Shown here piece by piece: positions 49,518 to 59,479 of a stretch of 64,000 bases of DNA. The stretch is from Candidatus Latescibacterota bacterium. GTDB taxonomy: Bacteria; Latescibacterota; UBA2968. The notes under the pieces were generated by a model. It was not told the origin of the DNA and did not search any database. It worked only from the letters and a program-made list of their open reading frames with translations. Position numbers and translations under genes: made by a program. The DNA lies in the NCBI GenBank assembly GCA_965208125.1, contig OZ242320.1, positions 5,683,751 to 5,747,750 on the forward strand, in the 5' to 3' direction. Position 1 is the stretch's first letter; each line of letters begins with the position of its first letter.

Positions 49518-50558
49518 ATGGACAGACACAAACGCTTCTTTTCGCCTCATGAAACTGTTTTTGCGTGGATGCAAGCGACAGAGTCCGAGTTGGCATTTGA
49601 TGGACAGACTGTGGATGACTGGCGTCTGTGGCGTCAAAAATTCCGCGCGCAATTGATAAAAAATCTGGGACCAATGCCAGAACGCGTGCCCCTTCAGGCA
49701 GAAGTGCTACGCCGGGACGACATGGGGGATTACGTGCGCGAAAAAGTCGCGTTTGACACAGAGCAGTTTGCCAGCGTCCCCGCATTTGTACTGGTTCCAA
49801 AGGGACTGAAACGCGGCGAAAAGCGTCCGGGGATTCTGGCGGCACACGGTCATGGGATAGGCAAAAATCCACTCGTGGGTTTGGACGCAGATGAAAAGCC
49901 ACACGAGGATTATCAGAAGCTATTAGGTATCCAACTCGTGCGGCGGGGCTATGTGGTCATCGCGCCGGATTGGCGGGGATTTGGCGAGCGGATGAGTCCC
50001 GAGGATTGGGTGCGCCAAACGCGCGACAAGTGCAATGTAAATTACATGGCAGAAGGGTATCGCGGGTATCACTTTTTGGCATTGCAAATCTGGGATGGGT
50101 TTCGCACACTGGATTATTTACAGGCTCGCAGAGAAGTAGATGATAAACGAATTGGGTGTTTGGGCGTGTCATTTGGCGGCACAATGACGACCTATTTAAC
50201 GGCTCTGGATCAGCGGATCAAATGCGCGTGTATCAGCGGGTATCTCAGCACATTGCGAGAAGGCGCAATGCCCGGAAGAGCAAATTTTTGTGGTGCACAA
50301 TATATGCCGGGGTTGATGGCGATCGGCGATATTCCCGATGTTGCGGGTTTGATCGCGCCACGACCTCTGGTCGTGGAGATGGGCGAACGCGATCCGGGCT
50401 TTCAAATCTCAGATGCTGAACGGGCATTTCGCCACCTATCAAAAATCTATCGCGCTGCAGATGCACGCGATCAGTTGGTGAAAGATCGATTTGATGGGGT
50501 CCACGAATTTAGTGGTCACAAGTGTTTGGGTATATTTGACAAATACCTGAAGGGATAA
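49518..50558 (+). CDS. Alpha/beta hydrolase (dienelactone hydrolase/acetyl-xylan esterase-like)
   Basis: HGHG, GFGER, GVSFGG nucleophile, IAPRPL, GVHEF. Confidence 0.8.
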   Translation: MDRHKRFFSPHETVFAWMQATESELAFDGQTVDDWRLWRQKFRAQLIKNLGPMPERVPLQAEVLRRDDMGDYVREKVAFDTEQFASVPAFVLVPKGLKRGEKRPGILAAHGHGIGKNPLVGLDADEKPHEDYQKLLGIQLVRRGYVVIAPDWRGFGERMSPEDWVRQTRDKCNVNYMAEGYRGYHFLALQIWDGFRTLDYLQARREVDDKRIGCLGVSFGGTMTTYLTALDQRIKCACISGYLSTLREGAMPGRANFCGAQYMPGLMAIGDIPDVAGLIAPRPLVVEMGERDPGFQISDAERAFRHLSKIYRAADARDQLVKDRFDGVHEFSGHKCLGIFDKYLKG

Positions 50559-50605
50559 GACAGCGTATCGCGATTTTCTTCCCGATTGATTAGCAGGAGA
50601 TCTTT

Positions 50606-51757
50606 ATGCCCAGAGAGCCAGAAGCATCTTGGGAAAATGGGATTCGCAGCGTGCGCCGCGATGAAATGGGGCGTTTGTGTCAGTTACTCGACAACGTATT
50701 TTTCGAGGGGCTGTCAGATATGCAACCACACGCGTTCAACGACGATAATATGCACAATTTGCGCGTGGTCGTAGAAAACGGCGAAGTCGTATCGCACATC
50801 GGCACAATTCGGCGGAACATATCCATTATGGGATGCACACTCCGAGTGGCCTCTCTGGGAGGGGTGGCGACTTACGAAGCCCATCGGGGCAAGGGCCATG
50901 CCACGGCACTCTTGCGAGATACCATGCACCACTGCCGCAAAGATGGCGTGGATTATATCCTGGTATCGGGATATCGCAACATGTACCACCGATATGGGTG
51001 TCGATATGTGGGACGAGACAGGATATTTCACATCGCGAGCGAGCAAGCGGGCGACTTTGACGATACAGACTGGACAATAACACAGGCATCAAAAGCAGAT
51101 GTCGAAACCATTGGAGCCATTTACCGGCGCGAACCCGTGCGCTGGTTGCGCCCGCCTTCGGACATCGCCTTTGGCATAGATGGATGGGTGCAGAACCGCC
51201 CGGCAAAAACCTATCTGATTCATCGTGGAGACCAACCCGTTGCTTTTGGGGTCATGCAACAGGCACGCGAACGAGATGCAGGACAGATTTACTTGCTCGA
51301 TTACGCGGGTGAGCGGTCTGCAATCGTCGGCGCATTGGGCAAATTTATCGTCAATCAGCATTTGAATCGGCTATCAGTGCACATCAAAGAATTCGACACC
51401 GTATTGCGCGGTCTGCTCAAAGCGCGCGGTTTGACAGGTGAGCCGTCCAATTTTCCCGGCACGACGATGATCATTCATTTCGAGCAGTTACTCGAAAAAA
51501 TGCGCCCCTATTTTGTCGAACGAGTCGGAGAACACGCTGCCTATGGGCTGGTATTTCGGGAATCAGGTGATGAATATCACATCTACTACGGCGGTGACCG
51601 CGTGGTAGCCGAAAGCCGTGGCGCAGCGGCACAACTGATTTTTGGAACGCTGGAAGGGGCTGAGAACGCGATGTTGGATGCAGGCGGACGCGCAGGTGAA
51701 GTCTTGCGCGCCTGCCTGCCAATCCCTGGAGTTTGGTACGGGGTAAATCATCTTTGA
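50606..51757 (+). CDS. GNAT acetyltransferase (Eis-like)
   Basis: LGGVATYEAHRGKGHA, YHRYG. Confidence 0.8.
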   Translation: MPREPEASWENGIRSVRRDEMGRLCQLLDNVFFEGLSDMQPHAFNDDNMHNLRVVVENGEVVSHIGTIRRNISIMGCTLRVASLGGVATYEAHRGKGHATALLRDTMHHCRKDGVDYILVSGYRNMYHRYGCRYVGRDRIFHIASEQAGDFDDTDWTITQASKADVETIGAIYRREPVRWLRPPSDIAFGIDGWVQNRPAKTYLIHRGDQPVAFGVMQQARERDAGQIYLLDYAGERSAIVGALGKFIVNQHLNRLSVHIKEFDTVLRGLLKARGLTGEPSNFPGTTMIIHFEQLLEKMRPYFVERVGEHAAYGLVFRESGDEYHIYYGGDRVVAESRGAAAQLIFGTLEGAENAMLDAGGRAGEVLRACLPIPGVWYGVNHL

Positions 51758-51872
51758 GTACGCCAGACAGATGATCTGCCTTTCAAACTCTATTTTATCT
51801 TGCTATCTATTATTGTGTGCCTTATACTTACGATGCACGTTGGATTCTCACAAATTTGTTAAGGATATTATA

Positions 51873-52286
51873 ATGACAGCTCCAGATGGTGATTCCGCAG
51901 ATATACTTTATGAGCAAGTCCTTGATAATGCGCGTCGGGAAATTGAAGATGCATTGGCTATAATGGAAGAGTTGCGCCAATCGCTTCGCCAGGTAGAAAC
52001 TCGGGTCGAAGCCGCCCAATCGATATATAACGCCGTTACCGCGAGATTGAATCTGGAAGATGAACTGACTGAAGAAATACACCTGGACACCCTGCCCAAT
52101 ATACCGCTAGTTGAGCCACCTGAAGTAGCGTCAGAACCGTCGCCTCCACCCGCGCCGCCCGAACCAGAAGACCCCCTGGCAGACGATGAGGCAGAATCCC
52201 CATCCGAACAAGAGGATGATCCAGTGCTCTCGGAAGCCGAGCGCGCGCTTATCAGTGAGCATCTGCGATCAAAGCGCAAAGGATAA
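51873..52286 (+). CDS. Hypothetical acidic coiled-coil/proline-rich protein
   Basis: Heptad region followed by an E/P/D-rich tail; AAGGA RBS; hairpin terminator at about 52312-52350. Confidence 0.6.
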   Translation: MTAPDGDSADILYEQVLDNARREIEDALAIMEELRQSLRQVETRVEAAQSIYNAVTARLNLEDELTEEIHLDTLPNIPLVEPPEVASEPSPPPAPPEPEDPLADDEAESPSEQEDDPVLSEAERALISEHLRSKRKG

Positions 52287-52405
52287 GCACCTACATATTT
52301 ATCATGTTAACAGAACAGGGCTTCGCATCTTGCAGAAATCCCTGTTCTTTGTATTTTTGGGAATAGATTTTAGAAAATGCAAACACGCCAATCGAAGGAA
52401 TTTTT

Positions 52406-53848
52406 ATGAGCATGTGTGACACGGAGAAATCCGTTGACGAGATGGACGCCCGGGAACGGGCACGCTATATTGACGCTCTGACGCCCAGAGGTGGTTTATA
52501 TACCGAAGTACAGCGTGAGGTGCATCCGCAGTCGAACAGTTCGTGGCGCGTATCGCCCGATCCGTGGTGGCTCCCCCCCCCAGTTCTATCACACCTCGAG
52601 GCTTTAGGGCAACATCTCTACCAGTTTTACAAAGCATTAAATCTATTGTATTCGCAAAGTATAAGGGGTATTCAGCCCACATGGGTTTCGCGGTATTTGG
52701 ACCAGGGGAAGTCGGAAGAAGTAATCAAATTTGGACAAATGAGCCGATTCAAAAGCCATGTGCCCCTCGTGATTCGGCCCGATGTGATACCCACGCGCGC
52801 GGGAATGATTGCCACGGAATTGGATTCCGTACCCGGTGGGATCGGATTTACGGCAAGCCTGGCAGAGCGATATGCCAAACTCGGCGATCAAATTGTGGGC
52901 GGCGCAAACGGGATGGTCACTGGATTTGCACAGATGATCCGTGACGTTGCCAGCACAGACGCGCCTGTTTTGGGCATAGTGGTCTCGGAAGAAGCATCGG
53001 CTTACCGCCCTGAAATGTCGTATCTGGGCGACCGACTGAATGCCACTGGTCTGGAAACTTATGTCATTGGACCCGAAGAACTATCTTTTGTCGAAGATGG
53101 ACTATTTATCGATGGGGTGCATGGTCGCCGACGCATAGACGTGATATACAGATTTTTTGAGTTATTCGATTTGCGGAACCTGCCCCAAATTGATTTGATT
53201 TTATACGCAGTGCGCAAAGGCCTCGTCAAAATCACACCCCCTTTAAAAGCATATCACGAAGAAAAGATGATGATGGCGCTATTCCACCATCCCTTGCTAT
53301 CGAATTTCTGGCATCAACATTTGGGCAAAAAATCCGTGGCCTTTTTGCAACAAACCTTTCCCAAAACGTGGATCTTAGACCCTGCGCCATTGCCACCTCA
53401 GGGCATTATTGCGGGTTTAGAAATTGATGGGCAATCCTTTTCCGATTGGCGTGCACTGGGGCACCTGGGCCAAAAACACCGACAACTGGTCATCAAACCC
53501 TCGGGGTATTCTGAAATGGCCTGGGGCAGTCGCGGTGTAACCATTGGACACGACATGGCCGAGCGAGATTGGCAAGGTGTGATCGACGAGGCACTATGCG
53601 CTTTTAAGCAAACGCCTCATATCGTGCAGGAATTTCACAATGGCGCGACTTTTTCGGTATCGTATTACGATTACGATACCGATCAAATCGAAACATTCAG
53701 GGGACGGGTAAGATTGCAGCCTTATTATTTTATCATTAAAGACAAAGCAGTGCTCTCGGGATTACAAGCGACAGTCTGTCCACCAGACAAAAAAATATTG
53801 CACGGAATGGTGGATGCAGTGGTAATACCTGGCACGGTTAAGAAGTGA
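52406..53848 (+). CDS. Circularly permuted ATP-grasp / glutathionylspermidine-synthase-like ligase
   Basis: IRPD, ELDSVPGG, DVIYRFFE, VIKPS..WGSRGV, IVQEF. Confidence 0.65.
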   Translation: MSMCDTEKSVDEMDARERARYIDALTPRGGLYTEVQREVHPQSNSSWRVSPDPWWLPPPVLSHLEALGQHLYQFYKALNLLYSQSIRGIQPTWVSRYLDQGKSEEVIKFGQMSRFKSHVPLVIRPDVIPTRAGMIATELDSVPGGIGFTASLAERYAKLGDQIVGGANGMVTGFAQMIRDVASTDAPVLGIVVSEEASAYRPEMSYLGDRLNATGLETYVIGPEELSFVEDGLFIDGVHGRRRIDVIYRFFELFDLRNLPQIDLILYAVRKGLVKITPPLKAYHEEKMMMALFHHPLLSNFWHQHLGKKSVAFLQQTFPKTWILDPAPLPPQGIIAGLEIDGQSFSDWRALGHLGQKHRQLVIKPSGYSEMAWGSRGVTIGHDMAERDWQGVIDEALCAFKQTPHIVQEFHNGATFSVSYYDYDTDQIETFRGRVRLQPYYFIIKDKAVLSGLQATVCPPDKKILHGMVDAVVIPGTVKK

Positions 53849-54694
53849 ATGAGGATGAAAAACATGACACTTGATGAAAAACTCACACGGCTGAATGCTT
53901 TACTCAAAGACATGGGCAGTGTGGTCGTGGCATTTTCGGGTGGGGTTGACAGCGCGTTTTTGGCAGCGGCAGCGCATCGGGTTCTGGGCGACCAGGCACT
54001 GGCAGTAACCGCAGTCTCCGCGAGTTATGCGTCTGGTGAACTCGAAAAGGCGCAAGCACTGGCCGAGCAAATTGGCATTCGACTCGACATCGTCTATACC
54101 CGGGAGATGGAAAACCCCGACTACGTAAAAAACGATCCCGATCGGTGTTTTCACTGCAAAAGCGCGCTGGCCGATAAACTGGACGAAGTAATCGAACACT
54201 ATGCAGGAAAGTTCCAGTATTTGCTCTACGGCGCAATAGCCGACGATGTAGGCGATTACCGCCCGGGGATGGCTGCCGCCAAATCCCGGGGTATTCGCGC
54301 ACCAATGGTCGAATTGGGATTCACCAAAGACGATGTCAGAACATTGTCAAAGCAATGGCAACTACCCACCTGGGACATGCCCGCATCGGCGTGTTTGTCT
54401 TCCCGAATACCCTATGGCACAGCCGTCTCAGAGGAAGCATTGCGTAAAATTGACTGCGCCGAGCGATTTTTGAAAGCCCGTGGATTTGTGCAAGTGCGCG
54501 TTCGGCACCACGAAGACATTGCCCGAATTGAAGTTCCGCCTGAGGATCTGGCGCGGTTTTTTCAGGACGGTACAAATGAAGCTGTGGCTCAGGCACTCAA
54601 AAATATCGGGTATCGCTATGTTACCCTGGATCTTCAAGGGTATCGCACGGGCAGCTTGAATGAAGCGTTATTAAAAATAGAGACGAAGGACTAA
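53849..54694 (+). CDS. larE: LarE-family ATP-dependent sulfur transferase
   Basis: AFSGGVDS PP-loop, RCFHCK, DYRPG, ACLSSRIPYG, VRVRHH, GYRTGSLN. Confidence 0.9.
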   Translation: MRMKNMTLDEKLTRLNALLKDMGSVVVAFSGGVDSAFLAAAAHRVLGDQALAVTAVSASYASGELEKAQALAEQIGIRLDIVYTREMENPDYVKNDPDRCFHCKSALADKLDEVIEHYAGKFQYLLYGAIADDVGDYRPGMAAAKSRGIRAPMVELGFTKDDVRTLSKQWQLPTWDMPASACLSSRIPYGTAVSEEALRKIDCAERFLKARGFVQVRVRHHEDIARIEVPPEDLARFFQDGTNEAVAQALKNIGYRYVTLDLQGYRTGSLNEALLKIETKD

Positions 54695-54704
54695 ACTGAT
54701 AAAT

Positions 54705-55241
54705 ATGGCCTTGCTCGAAATAAAAAAATTTGGTTGTCCAACGCTGAGAAAAAAAGCAACTCCCGTTCAAGATGTAACCGATGAAGTGCGGCAACTTGTT
54801 GAAGACATGTTCGAAACAATGTATGAGGCCGAAGGCGTTGGCCTTGCAGCGCAACAGGTGGGCTTTACAGGACGACTTCTGGTAATGGATGTTCGCCCGC
54901 GCGACCCCATGTCGGAACCTCTGGCATTTATCAACCCGGAAATTTTATGGGCGGAGGGTGAATGTGTTGGCGAAGAAGGGTGTCTGAGCCTGCCAGAAAT
55001 TGTCGGAGATGTCAAACGCCCGGCACAGGTACGTGTGCGTGCACTCAACGAAAATGGAAGTGTATTTGAGATGACGTTGGATGGCATTGCCTCCAAAGCA
55101 CTTCAGCACGAAATTGACCACCTGGATGGCGTGCTCATCCTCGAACATTTCAACGCGATCAAGCGCAATTTGTTGCGCGGTCAATTGCGCAAACTACAGC
55201 GCGAAGGCAAAAAACAGGCACCGGGATTGACGTACGTATAG
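54705..55241 (+). CDS. def: Peptide deformylase
   Basis: GVGLAAQQ, EGCLS, QHEIDHLDG. Confidence 0.97.
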   Translation: MALLEIKKFGCPTLRKKATPVQDVTDEVRQLVEDMFETMYEAEGVGLAAQQVGFTGRLLVMDVRPRDPMSEPLAFINPEILWAEGECVGEEGCLSLPEIVGDVKRPAQVRVRALNENGSVFEMTLDGIASKALQHEIDHLDGVLILEHFNAIKRNLLRGQLRKLQREGKKQAPGLTYV

Positions 55242-55261
55242 CACTGACCACTGACTTTTCT

Positions 55262-56083
55262 ATGGCATCTTATATTGATTTGCATCTGCATTCGACGCAA
55301 TCAGATGGCTCTTTCTCCCCCACACAAGTTGTTCAGAGAGCAGCCGAATTGGGACTATCGGCCATCAGTCTGACGGATCACGACTCGGTCGCTGGCGTGC
55401 AAGAAGCTCAGAATGTCGGCCAGAACATCGGTGTAGAAGTAATTCCCGGCATCGAATTGAGCGCACAGGAAGCCGGCATAGACATCCACATTTTGGGCTA
55501 TTTTATCGATCCTGCAAATTCGGATTTACTGGCGTATCTACAGAAATTTCAAGACGCGCGGCGCAACCGCGCAGAAAAAATAGTGGCTCGACTCAATCGT
55601 CTGGGCGTGCGAATCACAATGGCGCAGGTGTTACACAAAGCGGGAGATGCTACTATCGGGCGCCCTCATGTGGCAGACGTGCTGGTCGAAGAGGGATTTG
55701 TGTTTTCCCACGATCACGCATTCCAAAAATATCTGGGATATGGCAAACCAGCGTACCAACCCAAATATGTATTGACGCCGCGCGAAGCGGTAGAAGTCAT
55801 CCACGCGGCTGGTGGATTGGCCAGTCTGGCACATCCCGTCTTGTACCGCCGCGATGCTCTTATTCCCGACCTGATCAAACAGGGATTGGAGGGTATAGAA
55901 GTGATGCATATCAAACACGATCGCGCAGATGTGCGTCGCTATGCGGATATAGCACAACACTATGGCCTGCTCACAACGGGTGGATCAGATTGCCACGGCG
56001 ATGGTCGCGGTCAAGCCGTAATGGGAACTGTTCGGGTTCCTTTGACATTTTTGGATGCAATGAAGAAAAAATTGGCGCAGTAG
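55262..56083 (+). CDS. PHP domain phosphoesterase (TrpH/YciV-like)
   Basis: DLHLHSTQSDG, TDHD, HILGY, GRPH, LAHP, GGSDCHG. Confidence 0.9.
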   Translation: MASYIDLHLHSTQSDGSFSPTQVVQRAAELGLSAISLTDHDSVAGVQEAQNVGQNIGVEVIPGIELSAQEAGIDIHILGYFIDPANSDLLAYLQKFQDARRNRAEKIVARLNRLGVRITMAQVLHKAGDATIGRPHVADVLVEEGFVFSHDHAFQKYLGYGKPAYQPKYVLTPREAVEVIHAAGGLASLAHPVLYRRDALIPDLIKQGLEGIEVMHIKHDRADVRRYADIAQHYGLLTTGGSDCHGDGRGQAVMGTVRVPLTFLDAMKKKLAQ

Positions 56084-56096
56084 AGGCGACGCTTAT

Positions 56097-57098
56097 GTGC
56101 CTGCCCACCCCATATTTTTAGATATGAATGACATCCCATTCCTGGACAGAAACCGGGCAGATCAGTATTTTTTAAATACCCTCGAAGTACTCAAAGCCGA
56201 AAGCCGCAATCCATCGGTGGTTATGGAGGTATTTCCCAATGCCGAAGGCCTTTTGTGCGGCATCCGAGAGGTTGTGGACATTTTGCGTCAGATATTGCCC
56301 GAAGATGCAGAGATCTGGTCACTGGATGAAGGATCGGCAATGGCGAGCAAAGAAGTGGTATTGCGCCTTCACACAGATTACTGCGCCATTGGAATTTTTG
56401 AAACAGCTTTATTGGGCACGCTCGCGCATGGCAGTGGTTGGGCTACTGCGGCGCGCGCCTGTGTAGAAGCCGCAGGCGAGATTCCCGTGATCAGTTTTGG
56501 TGCGCGGCACGTACATCCCGCCGTATCAGACCGCATGGAATACGCCGCATTGATCGGGGGATGTGTTAGCTGTGCAACACCCGCAGGCGCTGCCCTATCC
56601 GATCGAAAAGCATCGGGCACAATGCCACACGCTTTGATATTGATTTACGGCGACACAGTAGCCGCTGCCCAAGCTTTTGATACCCACATGCCCGATTCCG
56701 TGCGGCGTATTGTACTGGTAGATACATTTCGCGACGAAGCTGAAGAAAGCGTGCGCGTTGCGCAGGCAATGGCCGGGCGATTGTGGGGCGTCCGTCTGGA
56801 TACACCCTCGGAATTGGGTGGCGTCACACCCGATCTGGTATGGCGCGTACGCAGAACATTGGATAGCGCGGGCTTTGACGAGGTGGGTATTTTTGTAAGT
56901 GGTGGATTAACGCCCGAGCGGATTTCAGAATTTGTGCGATTGAAGTGTCCGATTGCCGGTTTTGGTGTGGGCAGTGCAATCAGTGGTGCATCGCCAATTG
57001 ATTTTACAGCAGATATTAAGCAAATCGATGGCACATCCATCGCCAAACGCGGTCGCAAAGCGGGCATCCAGGACAACCCGAGACTTAAAAAAAATTAA
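56097..57098 (+). CDS. pncB: Nicotinate phosphoribosyltransferase
   Basis: SFGARH, GTMPHAL, LVDTF, VRLDTP, FVSGG, GFGVG. Confidence 0.85.
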   Translation: MPAHPIFLDMNDIPFLDRNRADQYFLNTLEVLKAESRNPSVVMEVFPNAEGLLCGIREVVDILRQILPEDAEIWSLDEGSAMASKEVVLRLHTDYCAIGIFETALLGTLAHGSGWATAARACVEAAGEIPVISFGARHVHPAVSDRMEYAALIGGCVSCATPAGAALSDRKASGTMPHALILIYGDTVAAAQAFDTHMPDSVRRIVLVDTFRDEAEESVRVAQAMAGRLWGVRLDTPSELGGVTPDLVWRVRRTLDSAGFDEVGIFVSGGLTPERISEFVRLKCPIAGFGVGSAISGASPIDFTADIKQIDGTSIAKRGRKAGIQDNPRLKKN

Positions 57099-57123
57099 AA
57101 AATCGTCTCTTGTGGAGTGGAAA

Positions 57124-57369
57124 TTGAATATCAAAGTGCTCTTTTTTGCATCTTGTCGCGATTTGATTGGCACTGGTGAGCGGGAAATGACACTGCCAGA
57201 TAGTGCGACAGTAACGGATTTGATATCAAAGCTCGCATCGGAACAGACGCGATTTACAGACATGGCACCGAGTTTGATGGTATCGGTCAATCAGGCGTAT
57301 GTGGAACGGGATGCGAAACTTCAAGATGGTGATGAAGTGGCATTTATTCCACCTGTGAGCGGTGGGTAG
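57124..57369 (+). CDS. moaD: Molybdopterin synthase sulfur carrier subunit
   Basis: IKVLFFA...DGDEVAFIPPVSGG; TTG start. Confidence 0.9.
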   Translation: MNIKVLFFASCRDLIGTGEREMTLPDSATVTDLISKLASEQTRFTDMAPSLMVSVNQAYVERDAKLQDGDEVAFIPPVSGG

Positions 57370-57402
57370 GGGCCTACCTGTTCGTCTTTAGAGGAAATTA
57401 TT

Positions 57403-57846
57403 ATGGTTGGTGATATATATAAAATCCAGAACGAAGAGATAAAACCAGATGCGTTATACAATGCGGTACTGGCTGATTCGGACGGCGCAGTAACCACATT
57501 TGCGGGCGTGGTGCGAGACAATACAAAAGGGCGCGGAACCTCTTATCTCGTCTATGATGCGTATAGAGACATGGCTGAAAAGAAAATGCGTGAAATTGGA
57601 GATGAAGTAAAAGAAAAGTGGGAGGTGGATTGCGTGGGAATACTGCACCGCGTAGGCCGGTTGGAAATTGGGGAAATCAGTGTTCTGATCGCGATTTCTT
57701 CCCCGCATCGCAAAGCGTCTTTGGAAGCGTGTCACTACGCGATTGATCGGTTAAAACAGACCGTGCCGATTTGGAAAAAAGAGGTATGGACAGACGGAGG
57801 TGAAGCCTGGATAGAAGGCGACCCATCTGCTCTGGCCTCGCGCTGA
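57403..57846 (+). CDS. moaE: Molybdopterin synthase catalytic subunit
   Basis: GAVTTFAGVVR, HRVGRL, SPHR, VPIWKKE. Confidence 0.95.
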   Translation: MVGDIYKIQNEEIKPDALYNAVLADSDGAVTTFAGVVRDNTKGRGTSYLVYDAYRDMAEKKMREIGDEVKEKWEVDCVGILHRVGRLEIGEISVLIAISSPHRKASLEACHYAIDRLKQTVPIWKKEVWTDGGEAWIEGDPSALASR

Positions 57847-57876
57847 GAAAATAGTGAAAATCTCAAAAAAAACGCG

Positions 57877-57909
57877 AAACGCAGGACGCTCTAAGTCCTG
57901 CGTTTTTTT
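57877..57909. terminator. Bidirectional terminator between convergent genes
   Basis: AAACGCAGGAC-GCTCTAA-GTCCTGCGTTT flanked by A and T runs. Confidence 0.75.
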
Positions 57910-59350
57910 ATGTTTTTTGCAATGCGATGTGGAAGGTCCAGAGACGCCATTGGGCATTGTCGAAATTTGAGAGTTTGATCCGTATTTCAGAAGGCCCAAC
58001 AGGGAGTTCACATGGAATATGGTCAACGGCGAATCCGCTGTCATGTTCCCCTGCGTGAATCTCCTCGCCATTGACCCACACGCGAATCCAGTCGTCATAA
58101 CCGACAGCGAGAGTGTACGCTCCCGCTTCGGGCAGAGTAATTTGTCCTACTGCATAAGCCGAGATATTGGCGGGTTGGGTGCCCACATTGGTGCGTTTGC
58201 GACCGCGAAGGTGCCGTGCGAAATCGCACCAGCCGCGTTCTGAATCCACCTGGATGGGCATTGAAAATGTAGTGGGTGCGTTCTCGCCTATGTAGATATC
58301 AAAATCAGCGGTATGTGTATTGGGCCAATCGGCAATGGGTTTTTCGGCCCATTCGGATTGATTAAAATCTTCGCGGGTGTTGCAGGGAAAAGGCCCCGCG
58401 ATTTGCCATTGGGCTGGCGTGTGAATAGCTGGAGGATCGGCGGGATTGACATAGGCGTAGATGACGCTTTCCAGATCATTCCCACGGGACCCGAAACGAA
58501 TCATGACCGAGTGATCAAACCATATTGGATCGGGACCAAAAAAGCGGTACATCACGCCTTCGTAACCGGAGCCACCCGCCGTGTGTCCAGTACTTCGATG
58601 GATATGCGGCGCACCAACCCAGTCAGTTTGTACCTTCCATATCCCAAAGCTCATATTAAAAATATCTTCACCCCCAATGCCGCGCAGGGCGTGAGGATCG
58701 CTTTCTCCATCGAGCAGCCACAAATCTCCGCCAGTGTGATACCAGCTATCCGCGCGATCCCTTACGACCACACCCTTGACCATGCCCGCGATAAATCCAC
58801 TGCCCGAATAGTCGGCCATCAGCATACTGCCGAGCGATTGGGCGGGGTATTCGCCCCGGTGCTTGACGTGGAGACGCAACGGGGTTAATTCGGTATTGTC
58901 ATACGACGACCAATCGGCCATGAACCAGAGCGGAATAGCGCGACCGCTATTATTTGTAATTTCGAGACGCAGCGATTTGAAAGGGATGGGCAAATAACAA
59001 TTGAGCGCGTTTTTGGGAAGGATCTTGATAGCCGCGCTATCAATGGGATAAATATCGTGTTCGAAGAGAATGGCGAAAAAATGGGCGATGGGGAGATCGA
59101 CAGTGGGATCGTCCTCCCCATCGCAATAGAGGCGGAGTTGCAAATCGTGGATGGGATCGCGCGCATCGCCTTCGCGCTTATACCCATAAGTGAGCCACCA
59201 GTGATGGATGCACCCTGGACTTTCTTCATCAAAAAGAACTGCCGTTTCACCAGGCGCAACATTGGGACGACGGGTAACGCGCTGACTTTTGCCGCGAATG
59301 GGCAATTCGAGCTCTGCGTGAAAAAGGCGATTCATCACTGGAATATTCAA
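57908..59350 (-). CDS. DUF2961 (GH172-like) protein with extra C-terminal beta domain
   Basis: PGCIHHWW, NCYLPIPF, GIGGEDIFN, YRFFGPDPIWF; C-terminal GYDDWIRVWVNG. Confidence 0.7.
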   Translation of the reverse strand: MNIPVMNRLFHAELELPIRGKSQRVTRRPNVAPGETAVLFDEESPGCIHHWWLTYGYKREGDARDPIHDLQLRLYCDGEDDPTVDLPIAHFFAILFEHDIYPIDSAAIKILPKNALNCYLPIPFKSLRLEITNNSGRAIPLWFMADWSSYDNTELTPLRLHVKHRGEYPAQSLGSMLMADYSGSGFIAGMVKGVVVRDRADSWYHTGGDLWLLDGESDPHALRGIGGEDIFNMSFGIWKVQTDWVGAPHIHRSTGHTAGGSGYEGVMYRFFGPDPIWFDHSVMIRFGSRGNDLESVIYAYVNPADPPAIHTPAQWQIAGPFPCNTREDFNQSEWAEKPIADWPNTHTADFDIYIGENAPTTFSMPIQVDSERGWCDFARHLRGRKRTNVGTQPANISAYAVGQITLPEAGAYTLAVGYDDWIRVWVNGEEIHAGEHDSGFAVDHIPCELPVGPSEIRIKLSNFDNAQWRLWTFHIALQKT

Positions 59351-59442
59351 TCTGATTTTTTGTGTTCAGAAGAAATAACAATAAAACCAATAATGAACAG
59401 AGTCACTATAAATGTCATAAATAGAATCATTCCAACAGGCAT
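59347..59442 (-). CDS. 31-aa single-TM small protein
   Basis: AAAAGGAGA RBS; MPVGMILFMTFIVTLFIIGFIVISSEHKKSD; ATGA overlap with the next gene. Confidence 0.55.
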   Translation of the reverse strand: MPVGMILFMTFIVTLFIIGFIVISSEHKKSD

Positions 59443-59479
59443 TGTGTGTCTCCTTTTGATGATAATTATGGAGAATCCA

